Numbered from the stretch's first letter, positions 1 to 9,352 are shown. The stretch: DNA of 64,000 nucleotides from an uncultured Clostridia bacterium (GCA_944349905.1 CALVNR010000001.1:66550-130549), one strand, 5' to 3'. The notes: generated by a model from the sequence alone, not told the origin. Numbers and translations: made by a program.

Positions 1-1137
1 ATGAGAGGACCAACAGGAGTTGGTAAGACGGAAATTGCAAGGCGTCTTGCAAAACTTGTTAATGCTCCTTTTATTAAAATTGAAGCAACCAAATATACAG
101 AAGTTGGTTATGTTGGAAGAGATGTTGAAAGCATGATTAGAGATTTGGTTGAAGTAGCAGTTAGACTTGTTAAAGATGAACAAACTCATGAAATGGAAGC
201 AAAAGTTCGTCCTGTTGTAGAAAATAGACTCGTTGATGCTATCTGTGATAGCAGACGTGCTCAAAATATGCAAGTTGATAAAACTGATGTCCAAAATGCT
301 TTAAAAGATGGAAAACTTGAAGATGAACAAATTGAAATCGTTGTTAAAGAGGACCAAAAACCGATGATTGCCGTTGGTGGTCCAGAAATTACACTCGGTT
401 CAATGTTTGATGGCTTGCTGCCTCAAAGAAAAAAGAAAAAACATTTGTCTGTTGCTAGGGCAAGAGAGATTTTAACAGCAGAGGAATGTGACAAAATTAT
501 TGACAAAGATAATGTTTATGCTGAGGCTATTAGAAGAACGGAAGAAGAAGGTATTATTTTTATTGATGAAATTGACAAAATAATCGGAAAAGCTGGCGGA
601 AGCAATAATCAAGATGTTTCGAGAGAAGGTGTGCAAAGAGATATTCTTCCTATTGTTGAAGGTAGCACCGTTGCCACTAAATATGGTAATGTCAAAACTG
701 ACTTTATTCTCTTTATAGCATCGGGTGCTTTCCATGTTTCAAAAATTGAAGATATGATACCAGAACTTCAAGGTAGATTTCCAATTAGAGTTGACCTTGA
801 CAATTTAACAAAAGAAGATTTTAAAAAGATTTTGTCTGAGCCAAAAAATTCAATCGTTAAGCAATATTCAAGCATTTTGAAAGTTGATAATATTGACCTT
901 GATTTTACAGATGATGCTCTTGATGAAATGGCTGAAATGGCATTTACTGAAAATGAAACAAGTGAAAATATTGGTGCAAGAAGACTTCATACAATTATGG
1001 AAAGTCTTTTGGAGGACATTTCATTTAACGCTTCGGGCGACCATCCTATGATGAAAATTAAAATTGATAAAAAATATGTTCAAAATGCATTTAAAGAAAC
1101 AAAGAAAAAATTTGACTTAAAAAAATATATTATTTAA
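1..1137 (+). CDS. hslU: ATP-dependent protease ATPase subunit HslU (5' end cut by window edge)
   Basis: Walker A GPTGVGKTEIARRLAKL. FIKIEATKYTEVGYVGRDVES and Walker B GIIFIDEIDKI match HslU almost residue for residue. C-terminal GARRLHTIME. Confidence 0.95.
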   Translation: MRGPTGVGKTEIARRLAKLVNAPFIKIEATKYTEVGYVGRDVESMIRDLVEVAVRLVKDEQTHEMEAKVRPVVENRLVDAICDSRRAQNMQVDKTDVQNALKDGKLEDEQIEIVVKEDQKPMIAVGGPEITLGSMFDGLLPQRKKKKHLSVARAREILTAEECDKIIDKDNVYAEAIRRTEEEGIIFIDEIDKIIGKAGGSNNQDVSREGVQRDILPIVEGSTVATKYGNVKTDFILFIASGAFHVSKIEDMIPELQGRFPIRVDLDNLTKEDFKKILSEPKNSIVKQYSSILKVDNIDLDFTDDALDEMAEMAFTENETSENIGARRLHTIMESLLEDISFNASGDHPMMKIKIDKKYVQNAFKETKKKFDLKKYII

Positions 1138-1145
1138 GGTAGATT

Positions 1146-1832
1146 ATGGATAAGTCAAGAACTATATTGCTTTTAGGAAAAGATAATGTTGATTTGATAT
1201 CATCAAAAAAGGTTGCTGTTGTTGGCGTTGGTGGTGTAGGTGGACAGGTTGCCCTAGCACTTGCAAGATGTGGCGTTGAAAATTTTTTTCTTATAGATTT
1301 TGATAAAGTTTCTTCATCAAATTGTAATAGGCAAGTTGTTGCTTTTACAAGCACTATTGGTAAAAACAAAGTTGATGTTTTAAAAGATATGATTTTGGAT
1401 ATAAATCCTATGGCAAAAGTTGAAACATTTTGTCAAAAAATTTGCAAAGATAATGTTGAAAAATTAATTAATAATAAATTTGATATTGTTGTTGATGCAA
1501 TAGACAGCATTGATGACAAAATTGAACTGATTTGCTTTTGCAAGAGCAAAAATATAAATATTATTTCTGCTATGGGAGCTGGGAATAGATTTGATGTTCC
1601 ACAATTTTATATGACTGATATTTACAAAACTCATGATGATGGACTAGCAAAAGTGGTTCGTAAAAAATTGAGAGAAAGAGGAGTTATAAAACTTGATGTC
1701 GTGGTTGCTAGTTCTAAACCTATTAAAATAGAGGGACAAAGAACCATTGGTAGTATTGCATATTATCCTGCAATGTGTGGACTTGTAATTTGCAGTGAAA
1801 TCATAAATAAAATTTTAAGGAGAGAGATATGA
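1146..1832 (+). CDS. tcdA: ThiF/MoeB-family protein, likely tRNA threonylcarbamoyladenosine dehydratase TcdA
   Basis: Rossmann motif VAVVGVGGVGG followed by LIDFDKVSSSNCNRQ, as in TcdA/CsdL. About 230 aa, with no rhodanese or Cys-rich MoeB tail. Confidence 0.75.
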   Translation: MDKSRTILLLGKDNVDLISSKKVAVVGVGGVGGQVALALARCGVENFFLIDFDKVSSSNCNRQVVAFTSTIGKNKVDVLKDMILDINPMAKVETFCQKICKDNVEKLINNKFDIVVDAIDSIDDKIELICFCKSKNINIISAMGAGNRFDVPQFYMTDIYKTHDDGLAKVVRKKLRERGVIKLDVVVASSKPIKIEGQRTIGSIAYYPAMCGLVICSEIINKILRREI

Positions 1833-2137
1833 AAATTGTAAATGAAAATGAATTTCAAAATGAAATTAAAGAAGGAGTTGTTTTTGTTGATTTTTTTGCA
1901 ACTTGGTGCAATCCTTGTCGCATGATGAGTGCAGTGCTTGAAGATGTGGATAAAGAAATTTCAGGTAAAGCAAAAATAATCAAGGTTGATGTTGACCAAA
2001 GCGAAAATTTGGCAAAAACTTTTGGAATAATGTCTATTCCAACAATAATAATCTTTAAAAATGGTCAAATGGTTGAAAAAAGTGTTGGTTTTATGCAAAA
2101 AGACCAATGCGTTGAATTGATTAAAAAATATTTGTAA
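1829..2137 (+). CDS. trxA: thioredoxin
   Basis: 102 aa with active site WCNPC and the conserved IMSIPT cis-Pro region. ATGA start/stop overlap with tcdA. Confidence 0.9.
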   Translation: MKIVNENEFQNEIKEGVVFVDFFATWCNPCRMMSAVLEDVDKEISGKAKIIKVDVDQSENLAKTFGIMSIPTIIIFKNGQMVEKSVGFMQKDQCVELIKKYL

Positions 2138-2139
2138 AA

Positions 2140-2167
2140 AACTGCTAAAAATAAGCAGTTTTTTTTA
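2140..2167 (+). terminator. intrinsic terminator after trxA
   Basis: AACTGCT/AGCAGTT hairpin followed by a T-run. Confidence 0.8.
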
Positions 2168-2205
2168 TTTAAATAAATTAATTTGTTCTAGGTTATTTTT
2201 TAGTA

Positions 2206-2234
2206 TTGACTTTATATGTTTTTAGTGGTAAAAT
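2206..2234 (+). promoter_or_regulatory. sigma-A type promoter for nifS-nifU
   Basis: TTGACT, 17-nt spacer, TAAAAT with TGg extended -10. Confidence 0.5.
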
Positions 2235-2259
2235 TGTATTACTTAAAGGGGTATATTTT

Positions 2260-3435
2260 ATGGGAAGAAAAGTTTATCTTGATAATGCTGCAACAACTTT
2301 TGTTTCTGGTGAAGTTTTACAAGAAATGTTGCCTTGTTTTAATGCTATTTATGGTAATAGCAATTCTTTACATTCTTTTGGTAGAGATGCAAGTGCTATT
2401 GTTGACAGAGCTAGGGATAGAATTGCTCATGCAATAAATGCACAAAAATCCAACGAAATTTATTTTACTAGTGGTGGAACAGAAGCTGATAACTGGGCGA
2501 TTAAAGGTATAGCTCATGCTTATGCTTCAAAAGGAAAACATATTATTACATCTTCTATTGAACATCATGCCGTTTTAGATTCTTGCAAACAACTTGAAAA
2601 AGAAGGTTTTGAAGTTACTTATTTGCCTGTTGATAAATTTGGAATTGTTAATCTTGCCGATGTGATACATGCTATTAGAAAAGATACAATTTTAATTTCA
2701 ATTATGGCAGTTAATAATGAAGTGGGCACTATTCAAAATATAAAAGCAATTGCAAAAACAGCACATGATTACAATATAATTTTCCATACTGATGCAGTGC
2801 AAGCAATTGGCGCTTTTAAAATAGATGTTCAAGATATGGAAATTGATGTTATGAGCATGAGTGCACATAAAATTTATGGACCAAAAGGTGTTGGTGCGTT
2901 GTATGTTAAAAATGGCATTTTGATTGAAAACCTATTTAATGGTGGCAATCAAGAAAGGGGCAAAAGGGGAGGAACTGTAAATGTTCCTGCTGTTGCTGGT
3001 TTTGGTAAGGCGGTTGAAATTGCTTGTCGTGATATTTCAATAAATCAGCAAAAGCTCAAAGCAATTAGAGATTATTTTATAAAGAGTGTGAATGAAAAAA
3101 TTGAATATGTCCAAATCAATGGTCACCCTCATCAAAAGATTAATGGAACAGTGAACATGTCTTTTGAAATGGCTGAGGCAGAATCGCTACTTATGCTTTT
3201 AGACCTTGATGGTATTGCAGTTTCAACAACTTCTGCTTGTATGAGTAATGCACTTGAACCTTCACATGTTTTAAGAGCAATGGGGCTTAGTGATGAACTT
3301 GCACAAAGTGCTATTAGATTTTCTTTTGGTAAAAATCTTTCTAAAAGTGATATAGATTATGTCGTTGAAATGCTTGTGAAAAATGTTGCTCGTCTTCGTT
3401 CTATTTCAGCACTTACAAAAGCAGGGAGGAAATAA
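2260..3435 (+). CDS. nifS: cysteine desulfurase NifS/IscS type
   Basis: MGRKVYLDNAATT start, PLP lysine motif SAHKIYGPKG, active-site loop STTSACMS. I prefer the ATG at 2260 over the ORF-track start at 2206. Confidence 0.9.
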   Translation: MGRKVYLDNAATTFVSGEVLQEMLPCFNAIYGNSNSLHSFGRDASAIVDRARDRIAHAINAQKSNEIYFTSGGTEADNWAIKGIAHAYASKGKHIITSSIEHHAVLDSCKQLEKEGFEVTYLPVDKFGIVNLADVIHAIRKDTILISIMAVNNEVGTIQNIKAIAKTAHDYNIIFHTDAVQAIGAFKIDVQDMEIDVMSMSAHKIYGPKGVGALYVKNGILIENLFNGGNQERGKRGGTVNVPAVAGFGKAVEIACRDISINQQKLKAIRDYFIKSVNEKIEYVQINGHPHQKINGTVNMSFEMAEAESLLMLLDLDGIAVSTTSACMSNALEPSHVLRAMGLSDELAQSAIRFSFGKNLSKSDIDYVVEMLVKNVARLRSISALTKAGRK

Positions 3436-3437
3436 TC

Positions 3438-3812
3438 ATGTATAATAAAATTGTAATGGAAAAATTTTTAAAACCTGAGAATGCTGGTTCTTTGCGTGGT
3501 GCAAATGCCGTAGGAAAAGCAGGAAATGCAAATTGCGGGGACGTTATAAAACTTTATTTTCTTGTTGATGAAGATGGTATAATTGAAGAAGCTAAATTTA
3601 AAACTTTTGGTTGTCCTGCTGCTATTGCATGTTCTGACATTGCTTGTGACCTTGTAAGAGGATTGCAAATTGATGAAGCTTTAAATGTTTCTAGTAGAGA
3701 AATTTTTGATGAACTTGAAGGTTTGGAAGATAGCAGAGTTTATTGTTCAGTTTTAGCAGAAGATGCAATAAAATTGACAGTTGAAAATTATTACAAGAAA
3801 AAATCTAAATAA
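3438..3812 (+). CDS. nifU: Fe-S cluster scaffold protein NifU/IscU
   Basis: 124 aa with the three scaffold cysteines in NANCGD, FGCPAA and the C-terminal CS motif. Immediately follows nifS. Confidence 0.9.
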   Translation: MYNKIVMEKFLKPENAGSLRGANAVGKAGNANCGDVIKLYFLVDEDGIIEEAKFKTFGCPAAIACSDIACDLVRGLQIDEALNVSSREIFDELEGLEDSRVYCSVLAEDAIKLTVENYYKKKSK

Positions 3813-3837
3813 ATTATTAAATACAAAGGAAGAAGTT

Positions 3838-4212
3838 ATGGAATTAAATAAAAAATTAAAATCTAGTTTAGAATATGTGGATAAAGAAAGTTTTAAAGAT
3901 TGGGTAATAAAGGTTTTAAAATGCGAACAAAATGCATACCGTGGTGTTGATGTTGAATTTGCTCTAAATGTTATGGAACAATTAAAACAAGGAAAGGATT
4001 TTACAGAAATTGAAAACAATTTGACAAAATCTCTTTCAATATATGAGTCAGATGGTAACAATAAAAATTTGCCTAAGTCTTTTACAAAATCTTTGGCTGA
4101 AAAAATTTTAAAAGAAATAGTTTGCAAATTTTATATGTATAAACCACAAGCAGAAAGTTTTGCTAATTATTATTTAAACAATAATTCAAGTGAAGATGAA
4201 ATTGCATTTTAA
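3838..4212 (+). CDS. hypothetical protein co-transcribed with nifSU
   Basis: ORF with AAGGAAG RBS 5 nt upstream of the ATG at 3838. No motif recognised. The terminator comes only after this ORF. Confidence 0.5.
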   Translation: MELNKKLKSSLEYVDKESFKDWVIKVLKCEQNAYRGVDVEFALNVMEQLKQGKDFTEIENNLTKSLSIYESDGNNKNLPKSFTKSLAEKILKEIVCKFYMYKPQAESFANYYLNNNSSEDEIAF

Positions 4213-4213
4213 T

Positions 4214-4241
4214 AAAAACTGCCAAAACGGGCAGTTTTTTT
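4214..4241 (+). terminator. intrinsic terminator
   Basis: CTGCC/GGCAG hairpin flanked by an A-run and T7. Confidence 0.8.
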
Positions 4242-4295
4242 ATGTATATTTGTAACAAATTTGCAAATAATATCTTAAACCTAAAAGGAGGCAAT

Positions 4296-4529
4296 ATGAA
4301 AGAATTAATGACGCTTGTTGGTTTTGGTACTGGTATGGTTGTAGGTGTTATGCTTTATAAATATTCCAAAAATTTTCAAAAAAGTGTTGATAAAGGAGAA
4401 ATGAAAGTTATGGAATCTGCCAAAGAGTTGGAACAAAAGGCGGAAGAAAAAATGGATAATGCTGAAAGAAAAATTAAACAAGGTATGAAAAAAATTGAGA
4501 AAAAAGCAAAAAAATCAAAAATGAAGTAA
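4296..4529 (+). CDS. small membrane-anchored coiled-coil protein (YtxH-like)
   Basis: AAAGGAGG RBS. N-terminal TM LVGFGTGMVVGVMLY followed by a Lys/Glu-rich helix. Confidence 0.5.
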   Translation: MKELMTLVGFGTGMVVGVMLYKYSKNFQKSVDKGEMKVMESAKELEQKAEEKMDNAERKIKQGMKKIEKKAKKSKMK

Positions 4530-4540
4530 AATTATAATCA

Positions 4541-4572
4541 AAAAAGCGAGGTGGATACCTCGCTTTTATTTT
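4541..4572. terminator. bidirectional intrinsic terminator
   Basis: GCGAGG/CCTCGC hairpin with an A-run on one side and a T-run on the other. Lies between the convergent CDS and the SRP RNA. Confidence 0.75.
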
Positions 4573-4574
4573 CA

Positions 4575-4845
4575 TGTCAAGCACTTGCTTTGATAATAAA
4601 AAACCAAACGCCTCAACAAAATTTAACTCCATTAAAGCTACCTTATGGCACATCAGAGTGTCCTCTTAATGATGCTTCCGTCAGGACCTGACATGGTTCG
4701 AAGATTCTAATTGCATAAGACCTTAATTTCAACATCAAATTTTGTTGCACTTTTTTGACTTTTTAAAACCGAGGCAAGCGTTCAATCCCACTATAGCGGA
4801 TTGTGGGTTACAGAGCACCGCTAACTCTCCATCTAGCTTGACAGC
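4575..4845 (-). ncRNA. ffs: signal recognition particle RNA, long Bacillus type with Alu domain
   Basis: The reverse complement contains GCUAGAUGGAGAGUUAGCGGUGCUCUGUAACCCACAAUCCGCUAUAGUGGG (the B. subtilis scRNA 5' domain) and the domain IV core AACCAUGUCAGGUCCUGACGGAAGCAUC. The terminal helix UGUCAAGC/GCUUGACA closes the molecule. Length about 271 nt. Confidence 0.9.
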
Positions 4846-4849
4846 ATTA

Positions 4850-4878
4850 ATATTACCATACTTTTAATTTTTTTTCAA
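4850..4878 (-). promoter_or_regulatory. promoter of SRP RNA
   Basis: On the minus strand: TTGAAA, 17 nt, TAATAT with TGg extended -10, ending about 5 nt before the RNA 5' end. Confidence 0.6.
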
Positions 4879-5020
4879 TTATTTTTTTATTCATAATTCA
4901 AATTTGATTAAAAATTATGTGATTTTATGATGATTTTTATTATTTTTATCATAGATTTAATATTTTTGTTTTGGTAATTTTTTTTTAATATGGTATAATT
5001 TTTTTGTTAAAGGGTGTTTT

Positions 5021-5764
5021 ATGGAAAAAGAAAAAACAATTAGTTTTAAAAATTCAAATGCTAAAAGATTTTTAGATGCTTTTAATAATATTGATTACTT
5101 TTTAAAAACAAGATATAATTTTAACAGGGCAATGGGATTTTCAGAATTAATTAGAAAATGCGTTGTATTAAATTATACTATTAGAAAGTATGAAGATGAT
5201 TTGGTTGATTACGGTAGACTAAGAAATGCAATCATTCATAACAACAATGAAGATATTGTTATTGCTGAACCTCATGATTCTGTCGTTGAGAAAATAGAAC
5301 ATATTGAAAAGATATTAACTACTCCACCAAAAGCGATTGATACTGTTGCAAGAAGAGATGTTTTGACTATCTCTGCTGACAAAAGTATGAGAGAGGTTAT
5401 TAAAACTATTGCAAATTCAAATTATTCAAATTTGCCTGTATATAAAGATGATATTTTGGTTGGTGTTGCAAATGGTCAAAAAATTTTGGACAGTTTTGGA
5501 AAATTTTTAATTTCTGGGGGAAAAGCAGAAGTGTTTTTATCTAGTGTTAAAATTGAGGATATGCTTTCTAAAATTGAAAACAGCAATTATTACTTTGTTG
5601 CACCTGTAAATTTTACCATTGAAGAATGTTTAAAAGAATTTAACAAAAATCATAAACTTTTAGCAATTTTGTTTACAAAAGATGGAGAAAGAAATCAGTT
5701 GCCTTTGGGAATTATGACAGGTGCTGATGTAATTAAAGCAAACAAAATTTTGGAAGATTTTTAA
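5021..5764 (+). CDS. CBS-pair protein with an N-terminal helical domain carrying an R-x4-H (HEPN-like) motif
   Basis: The C-terminal ~140 aa show two CBS repeats (VLTISADKSMREVIKTI..., FVAPVNFTIEECLKEF...LGIMTGADV). The N-terminus has YGRLRNAIIHN (R68-x4-H73). Confidence 0.65.
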   Translation: MEKEKTISFKNSNAKRFLDAFNNIDYFLKTRYNFNRAMGFSELIRKCVVLNYTIRKYEDDLVDYGRLRNAIIHNNNEDIVIAEPHDSVVEKIEHIEKILTTPPKAIDTVARRDVLTISADKSMREVIKTIANSNYSNLPVYKDDILVGVANGQKILDSFGKFLISGGKAEVFLSSVKIEDMLSKIENSNYYFVAPVNFTIEECLKEFNKNHKLLAILFTKDGERNQLPLGIMTGADVIKANKILEDF

Positions 5765-5806
5765 TTGGAATTTTAAAGTTGGCTTTGTTAAATCTGTTAA
5801 GATTGC

Positions 5807-5835
5807 TTGACAAAAATTTCTTTATATGATTTAAT
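5807..5835 (+). promoter_or_regulatory. promoter of the ileS leader
   Basis: TTGACA at 5807, 17-nt spacer, TGaTTTAAT extended -10. Confidence 0.45.
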
Positions 5836-5841
5836 TGTTGT

Positions 5842-6092
5842 GTTAATAAAAAGCGTTGATAAAAGACAAGGCTTAAAAAAATTTGTTTTCAGAGAGTTAT
5901 CGGGTGGTGTGAGGTAATAAACAATTTTTTAAGTTATCACTTTTGGAGCTGTGATTTTGAAACCTTTTGCATAAGGAAAGTAAATTTCATCGGGTCTTCC
6001 CGTTATAGAAGAGGTGGGTGATTGCCTACTTAAAAGTTTACAAGTGGTTTTTAGCCTAGTTTGAGGTCTTGTAGCTTTAACTAGGTTTTTTT
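5842..6092 (+). promoter_or_regulatory. T-box riboswitch leader, isoleucine specifier
   Basis: Stem I has an AGAGAG bulge (5891-5896) and a GGTGGTGTGA distal loop, with upper-stem pairing AAAAAATTTGTTT/AAACAATTTTTT. The 3' specifier loop is AAGUUAUCA, with AUC (5936-5938) followed by A. A UGGU-containing T-box-like segment lies at 6040-6050. The terminator CCTAGTT/AACTAGG plus T7 (6055-6092) sits just upstream of ileS. Confidence 0.75.
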
Positions 6093-6116
6093 AATGAAAA
6101 AAATTGGGAGGATAAA

Positions 6117-9100
6117 ATGTATAGTAAAGTTGAAAGTAAGTTGGATTTTGTAAACAATGAAAAGAAAATTTTACAATTTTGGCAAGAAAATGGAATTGTA
6201 AAAAAAGCGCTTGAACAAAACAAAGACAGTGATAAATATTTTGTTTTGCATGATGGCCCTCCAACGGCAAATGGTAAACCACACATTGGCCATGTTCTTA
6301 CAAGAGCTATGAAAGATGTTATACCCCGTTTTAAAGCAATGAAAGGGTATTATATTTTTAGAAAAGCAGGTTGGGATACTCATGGACTTCCTGTTGAAGT
6401 TGAAGTTGAAAAAAAATTAGGCTTTAATGGCAAAAAAGATATTGAAAAATATGGGGTTGACAAATTTATTGAACTTTGTAAAAGTTCTGTTTGGGAATAC
6501 AAATCTATGTGGGAAGACCTTACAAACAAGATTGCTTACTGGGTTGATATGGATAACCCTTATATAACTTATCAAAACAGTTATATTGAAAGTATCTTTT
6601 GGGCATTAAAACAAATGCATGAAAAAGGCTTGATTTACAAAGGACATAAAGTTGTTCCTTATTGTCCTAGATGTGGAACTTCTCTTTCAAAAGCAGAACT
6701 TGAAAACGGTGATAATTACAAAGTCTTAAAAGAAAACTCTGTCTTTGTTAAATTTAAGTCTCTTGAAGAAGAAAATACTTATTTTATCGTATGGACTACT
6801 ACTCCTTGGACTTTGCCTTCAAATGTTGCTTTATGTATGAATCCTAATGAAATTTATGCAAAACTTGAATTTGAAGGAAAAAATTATATAATGCTTGAAA
6901 AACTTATTCCTTCATTGTTTGAAGAAAATACCTATAAAATTATTTATAAAAAACAAGGTAAAAATTTTGAATATCACAAATATCAACCACTTTTCAATTA
7001 TATGGAAGGAAAAGTCAAAACTGGATATTTTGTGACTGTTGATGATTATGTTACAACAGAAGATGGAACCGGAATCGTTCATATTGCTCCTGCTTTTGGT
7101 GAAGATGATGCCCTTGTTGGCAAAAAATATAATATTGATTTTGTTCAACTTGTTGATAAATATGGTCAAATGAGTGAAGAGACTGAATTTGCAGGAATGT
7201 TTGTCAAAGATGCTGATAAGCCTATTATTCAAAAACTTATTGACGAAGACAAAATGTTTAAAGTTATGCCTTTTGAACATTCTTATCCTCATTGTTGGAG
7301 ATGTAAGAGTCCACTTCTTTATTACGCACAAGATGCTTGGTTTGTAAAAACAACAGCCATTAGAGATGAACTTGTAAAAAACAATCAAGAAATTAATTGG
7401 ATACCAAATCATATAAAAAATGGAAGAATGGGTAATTTCCTTGCTAATAATATTGATTGGAACATTTCTCGTAATCGTTTCTGGGGAACTCCACTTCCTT
7501 TCTGGGTTTGCTCTTGTGGACATATTCATGTTGTTGGAAGCGTTGAAGAACTTAAAAAACTTACTGGCGCAAAGGGTGATATTGATTTGCATAAACCTAC
7601 TCTTGACAAGTTGACTATGACTTGTGAAAAATGTGGAAAAACAATGTACAGAACACCAGAAGTTATGGACTGCTGGTTTGATAGTGGTTCTATGCCTTTT
7701 GCTCAATATCATTATCCTTTTGAAAATAAAGATATATTTGAAAAAGCTTTTTGTGCTGATTATATCAGTGAGGCTATCGACCAAACAAGAGGTTGGTTTA
7801 ACACTCTTCTTTCTGTTAATACTGCTGTGTTTGGAAAGGCTCCTTTTAAGGCTTGCAATGTTTTGGGACTTATTCTTGACAAACATGGTTTGAAAATGAG
7901 TAAGAGTTTGAAAAATGGTGTTGATGCTTGGCAAGTTTTGGAAAAATATGGTGCTGACGGTGTGAGATGGTATTTCTTTACTAGTTGCAACCCAGCGCAA
8001 GGTTTGCCATTTATTGAAGAAAATCTTGTTGACCTTCAAAGAAAATTTATGGGAACTCTTTGGAATGTTTACTATTTCTATGTTTTATACGCAGAAATTG
8101 ATAAAATAAATCCAACAAAATATAATTTAAAAGATTGCAAACTTTCTTTTCTTGATAAATGGTTGTTGTCTGATTTTAATGCTCTTATTAAACTTGTAGA
8201 TGAAAGCCTTGAAAAATATGACATGCAAACGCCAGCAAAAGAAATAAGTGCTTTTGTTGATAAATTGTCAAATTGGTATATTCGTCGTTCTCGTGAAAGA
8301 TTTTGGGGTAGCGATAAAACTGATGACAAAATTGCTGCATACAAAACTCTTTACGAAGTTTTGGTTGGACTTAGCAAAGTTATTGCTCCTTTTGTACCTT
8401 ACCTTGCAGAAGAAATTTATCAAAACTTGGTAAGAAATCTTGATAAATCTGCTCCTGAAAGTGTGCATTTCTGTTCTTTCCCTGTTGCTGATGAAAAAAT
8501 GATTGATTCTTCTTTGAATTTTGGTATGGATAAGGTTTTGGAAATAGTTGAAAATGGAAGAATTAGCAGAAATGCTAGTGGCGTAAAAAATAGACAACCT
8601 TTGTCAAAAGTTATTGTTTGCGTAGCAGAAGAATTGAATTTGGAAAACGAACTTATTGAACTTGTTAAAGATGAACTTAATGTAGAAAATCTTGAAATTT
8701 TGCACAATGCCGATGAATTTGTTTCTTATTCATTAAAACCTCAACTTAAAACTTTGGGACCAAAATATGGTAAATACCTTGGAAAGATTAAAGAATTTTT
8801 GGAAAATTGCAATTCAGCAGAAGTTGTTGCAAAAGTTAGAAGCGGTGAAGTTGTAAAATTTGATGTTGATGGTCAAGAAATTGAAATAGGAAAAGATGAT
8901 TTGCTTATCAATTTACAAAATAAAGAAGGTTACACTTCTTCTACAAATGGAAAAATAACAGTTGTTTTGGATACTTCTTTAACACAAGATTTGCTTGATA
9001 AAGGATTTATTAATGAATTTATTAGCAAAGCACAAAATCTTAGAAAAGAAAGTGGATTGCAAGTTACAGACCATATTAAAGTTGAACTTGATGGCGACAA

Positions 9101-9248
9101 TCATTATATTGAAGTTGTGTTAAATGAAAAAGATAAGATTTGCAAAACTTTGCTAGCTGATAATATGGAAATAGGTCAAAATGGCGATTTCAATGTTGAA
9201 TTTGTTTTAAATGATAAAAAATTAAAAATATCAATAAGCAAAGTATAA
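6117..9248 (+). CDS. ileS: isoleucyl-tRNA synthetase, type 2 (long, about 1040 aa form)
   Basis: HIGH motif PHIGHVL, KMSKS motif LKMSKSL, CP1 editing-domain motifs. 1043 aa. Confidence 0.95.
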   Translation: MYSKVESKLDFVNNEKKILQFWQENGIVKKALEQNKDSDKYFVLHDGPPTANGKPHIGHVLTRAMKDVIPRFKAMKGYYIFRKAGWDTHGLPVEVEVEKKLGFNGKKDIEKYGVDKFIELCKSSVWEYKSMWEDLTNKIAYWVDMDNPYITYQNSYIESIFWALKQMHEKGLIYKGHKVVPYCPRCGTSLSKAELENGDNYKVLKENSVFVKFKSLEEENTYFIVWTTTPWTLPSNVALCMNPNEIYAKLEFEGKNYIMLEKLIPSLFEENTYKIIYKKQGKNFEYHKYQPLFNYMEGKVKTGYFVTVDDYVTTEDGTGIVHIAPAFGEDDALVGKKYNIDFVQLVDKYGQMSEETEFAGMFVKDADKPIIQKLIDEDKMFKVMPFEHSYPHCWRCKSPLLYYAQDAWFVKTTAIRDELVKNNQEINWIPNHIKNGRMGNFLANNIDWNISRNRFWGTPLPFWVCSCGHIHVVGSVEELKKLTGAKGDIDLHKPTLDKLTMTCEKCGKTMYRTPEVMDCWFDSGSMPFAQYHYPFENKDIFEKAFCADYISEAIDQTRGWFNTLLSVNTAVFGKAPFKACNVLGLILDKHGLKMSKSLKNGVDAWQVLEKYGADGVRWYFFTSCNPAQGLPFIEENLVDLQRKFMGTLWNVYYFYVLYAEIDKINPTKYNLKDCKLSFLDKWLLSDFNALIKLVDESLEKYDMQTPAKEISAFVDKLSNWYIRRSRERFWGSDKTDDKIAAYKTLYEVLVGLSKVIAPFVPYLAEEIYQNLVRNLDKSAPESVHFCSFPVADEKMIDSSLNFGMDKVLEIVENGRISRNASGVKNRQPLSKVIVCVAEELNLENELIELVKDELNVENLEILHNADEFVSYSLKPQLKTLGPKYGKYLGKIKEFLENCNSAEVVAKVRSGEVVKFDVDGQEIEIGKDDLLINLQNKEGYTSSTNGKITVVLDTSLTQDLLDKGFINEFISKAQNLRKESGLQVTDHIKVELDGDNHYIEVVLNEKDKICKTLLADNMEIGQNGDFNVEFVLNDKKLKISISKV

Positions 9249-9276
9249 AAAAGGAAATTTGATTTCCTTTTTTTAT
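9247..9276 (+). terminator. intrinsic terminator after ileS
   Basis: AAGGAAAT/ATTTCCTT hairpin plus T-run. Confidence 0.8.
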
Positions 9277-9352
9277 TTTAAATTACAATAATTTTTTCTT
9301 GATAAATTTTGCTATTTTTGTTATAATTTTTCTTGATTAAAAGGTTGTTATT

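Noticed and set aside
2206-2259. N-terminal extension of nifS given in the ORF track
   Set aside because: The extension overlaps the predicted promoter (TTGACT at 2206). The canonical MGRKVYLDNAATT start at 2260 matches NifS N-termini.
6009-6027. GGTGGGTGATTGCC as the T-box core sequence
   Set aside because: It resembles the GGGUGGUACCGCG consensus. However, it lies about 30 nt too far from the terminator 5' strand to form the usual antiterminator. I left the fold unresolved rather than calling it.
6912-8039. 375-aa ORF on the minus strand
   Set aside because: It is entirely antisense to the strongly supported ileS gene. Its Phe/Ile/Lys/Asn-rich junk composition is typical of shadow ORFs in AT-rich DNA. 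The same reasoning applies to the other antisense ORFs inside ileS (7760..7990, 8078..8707).
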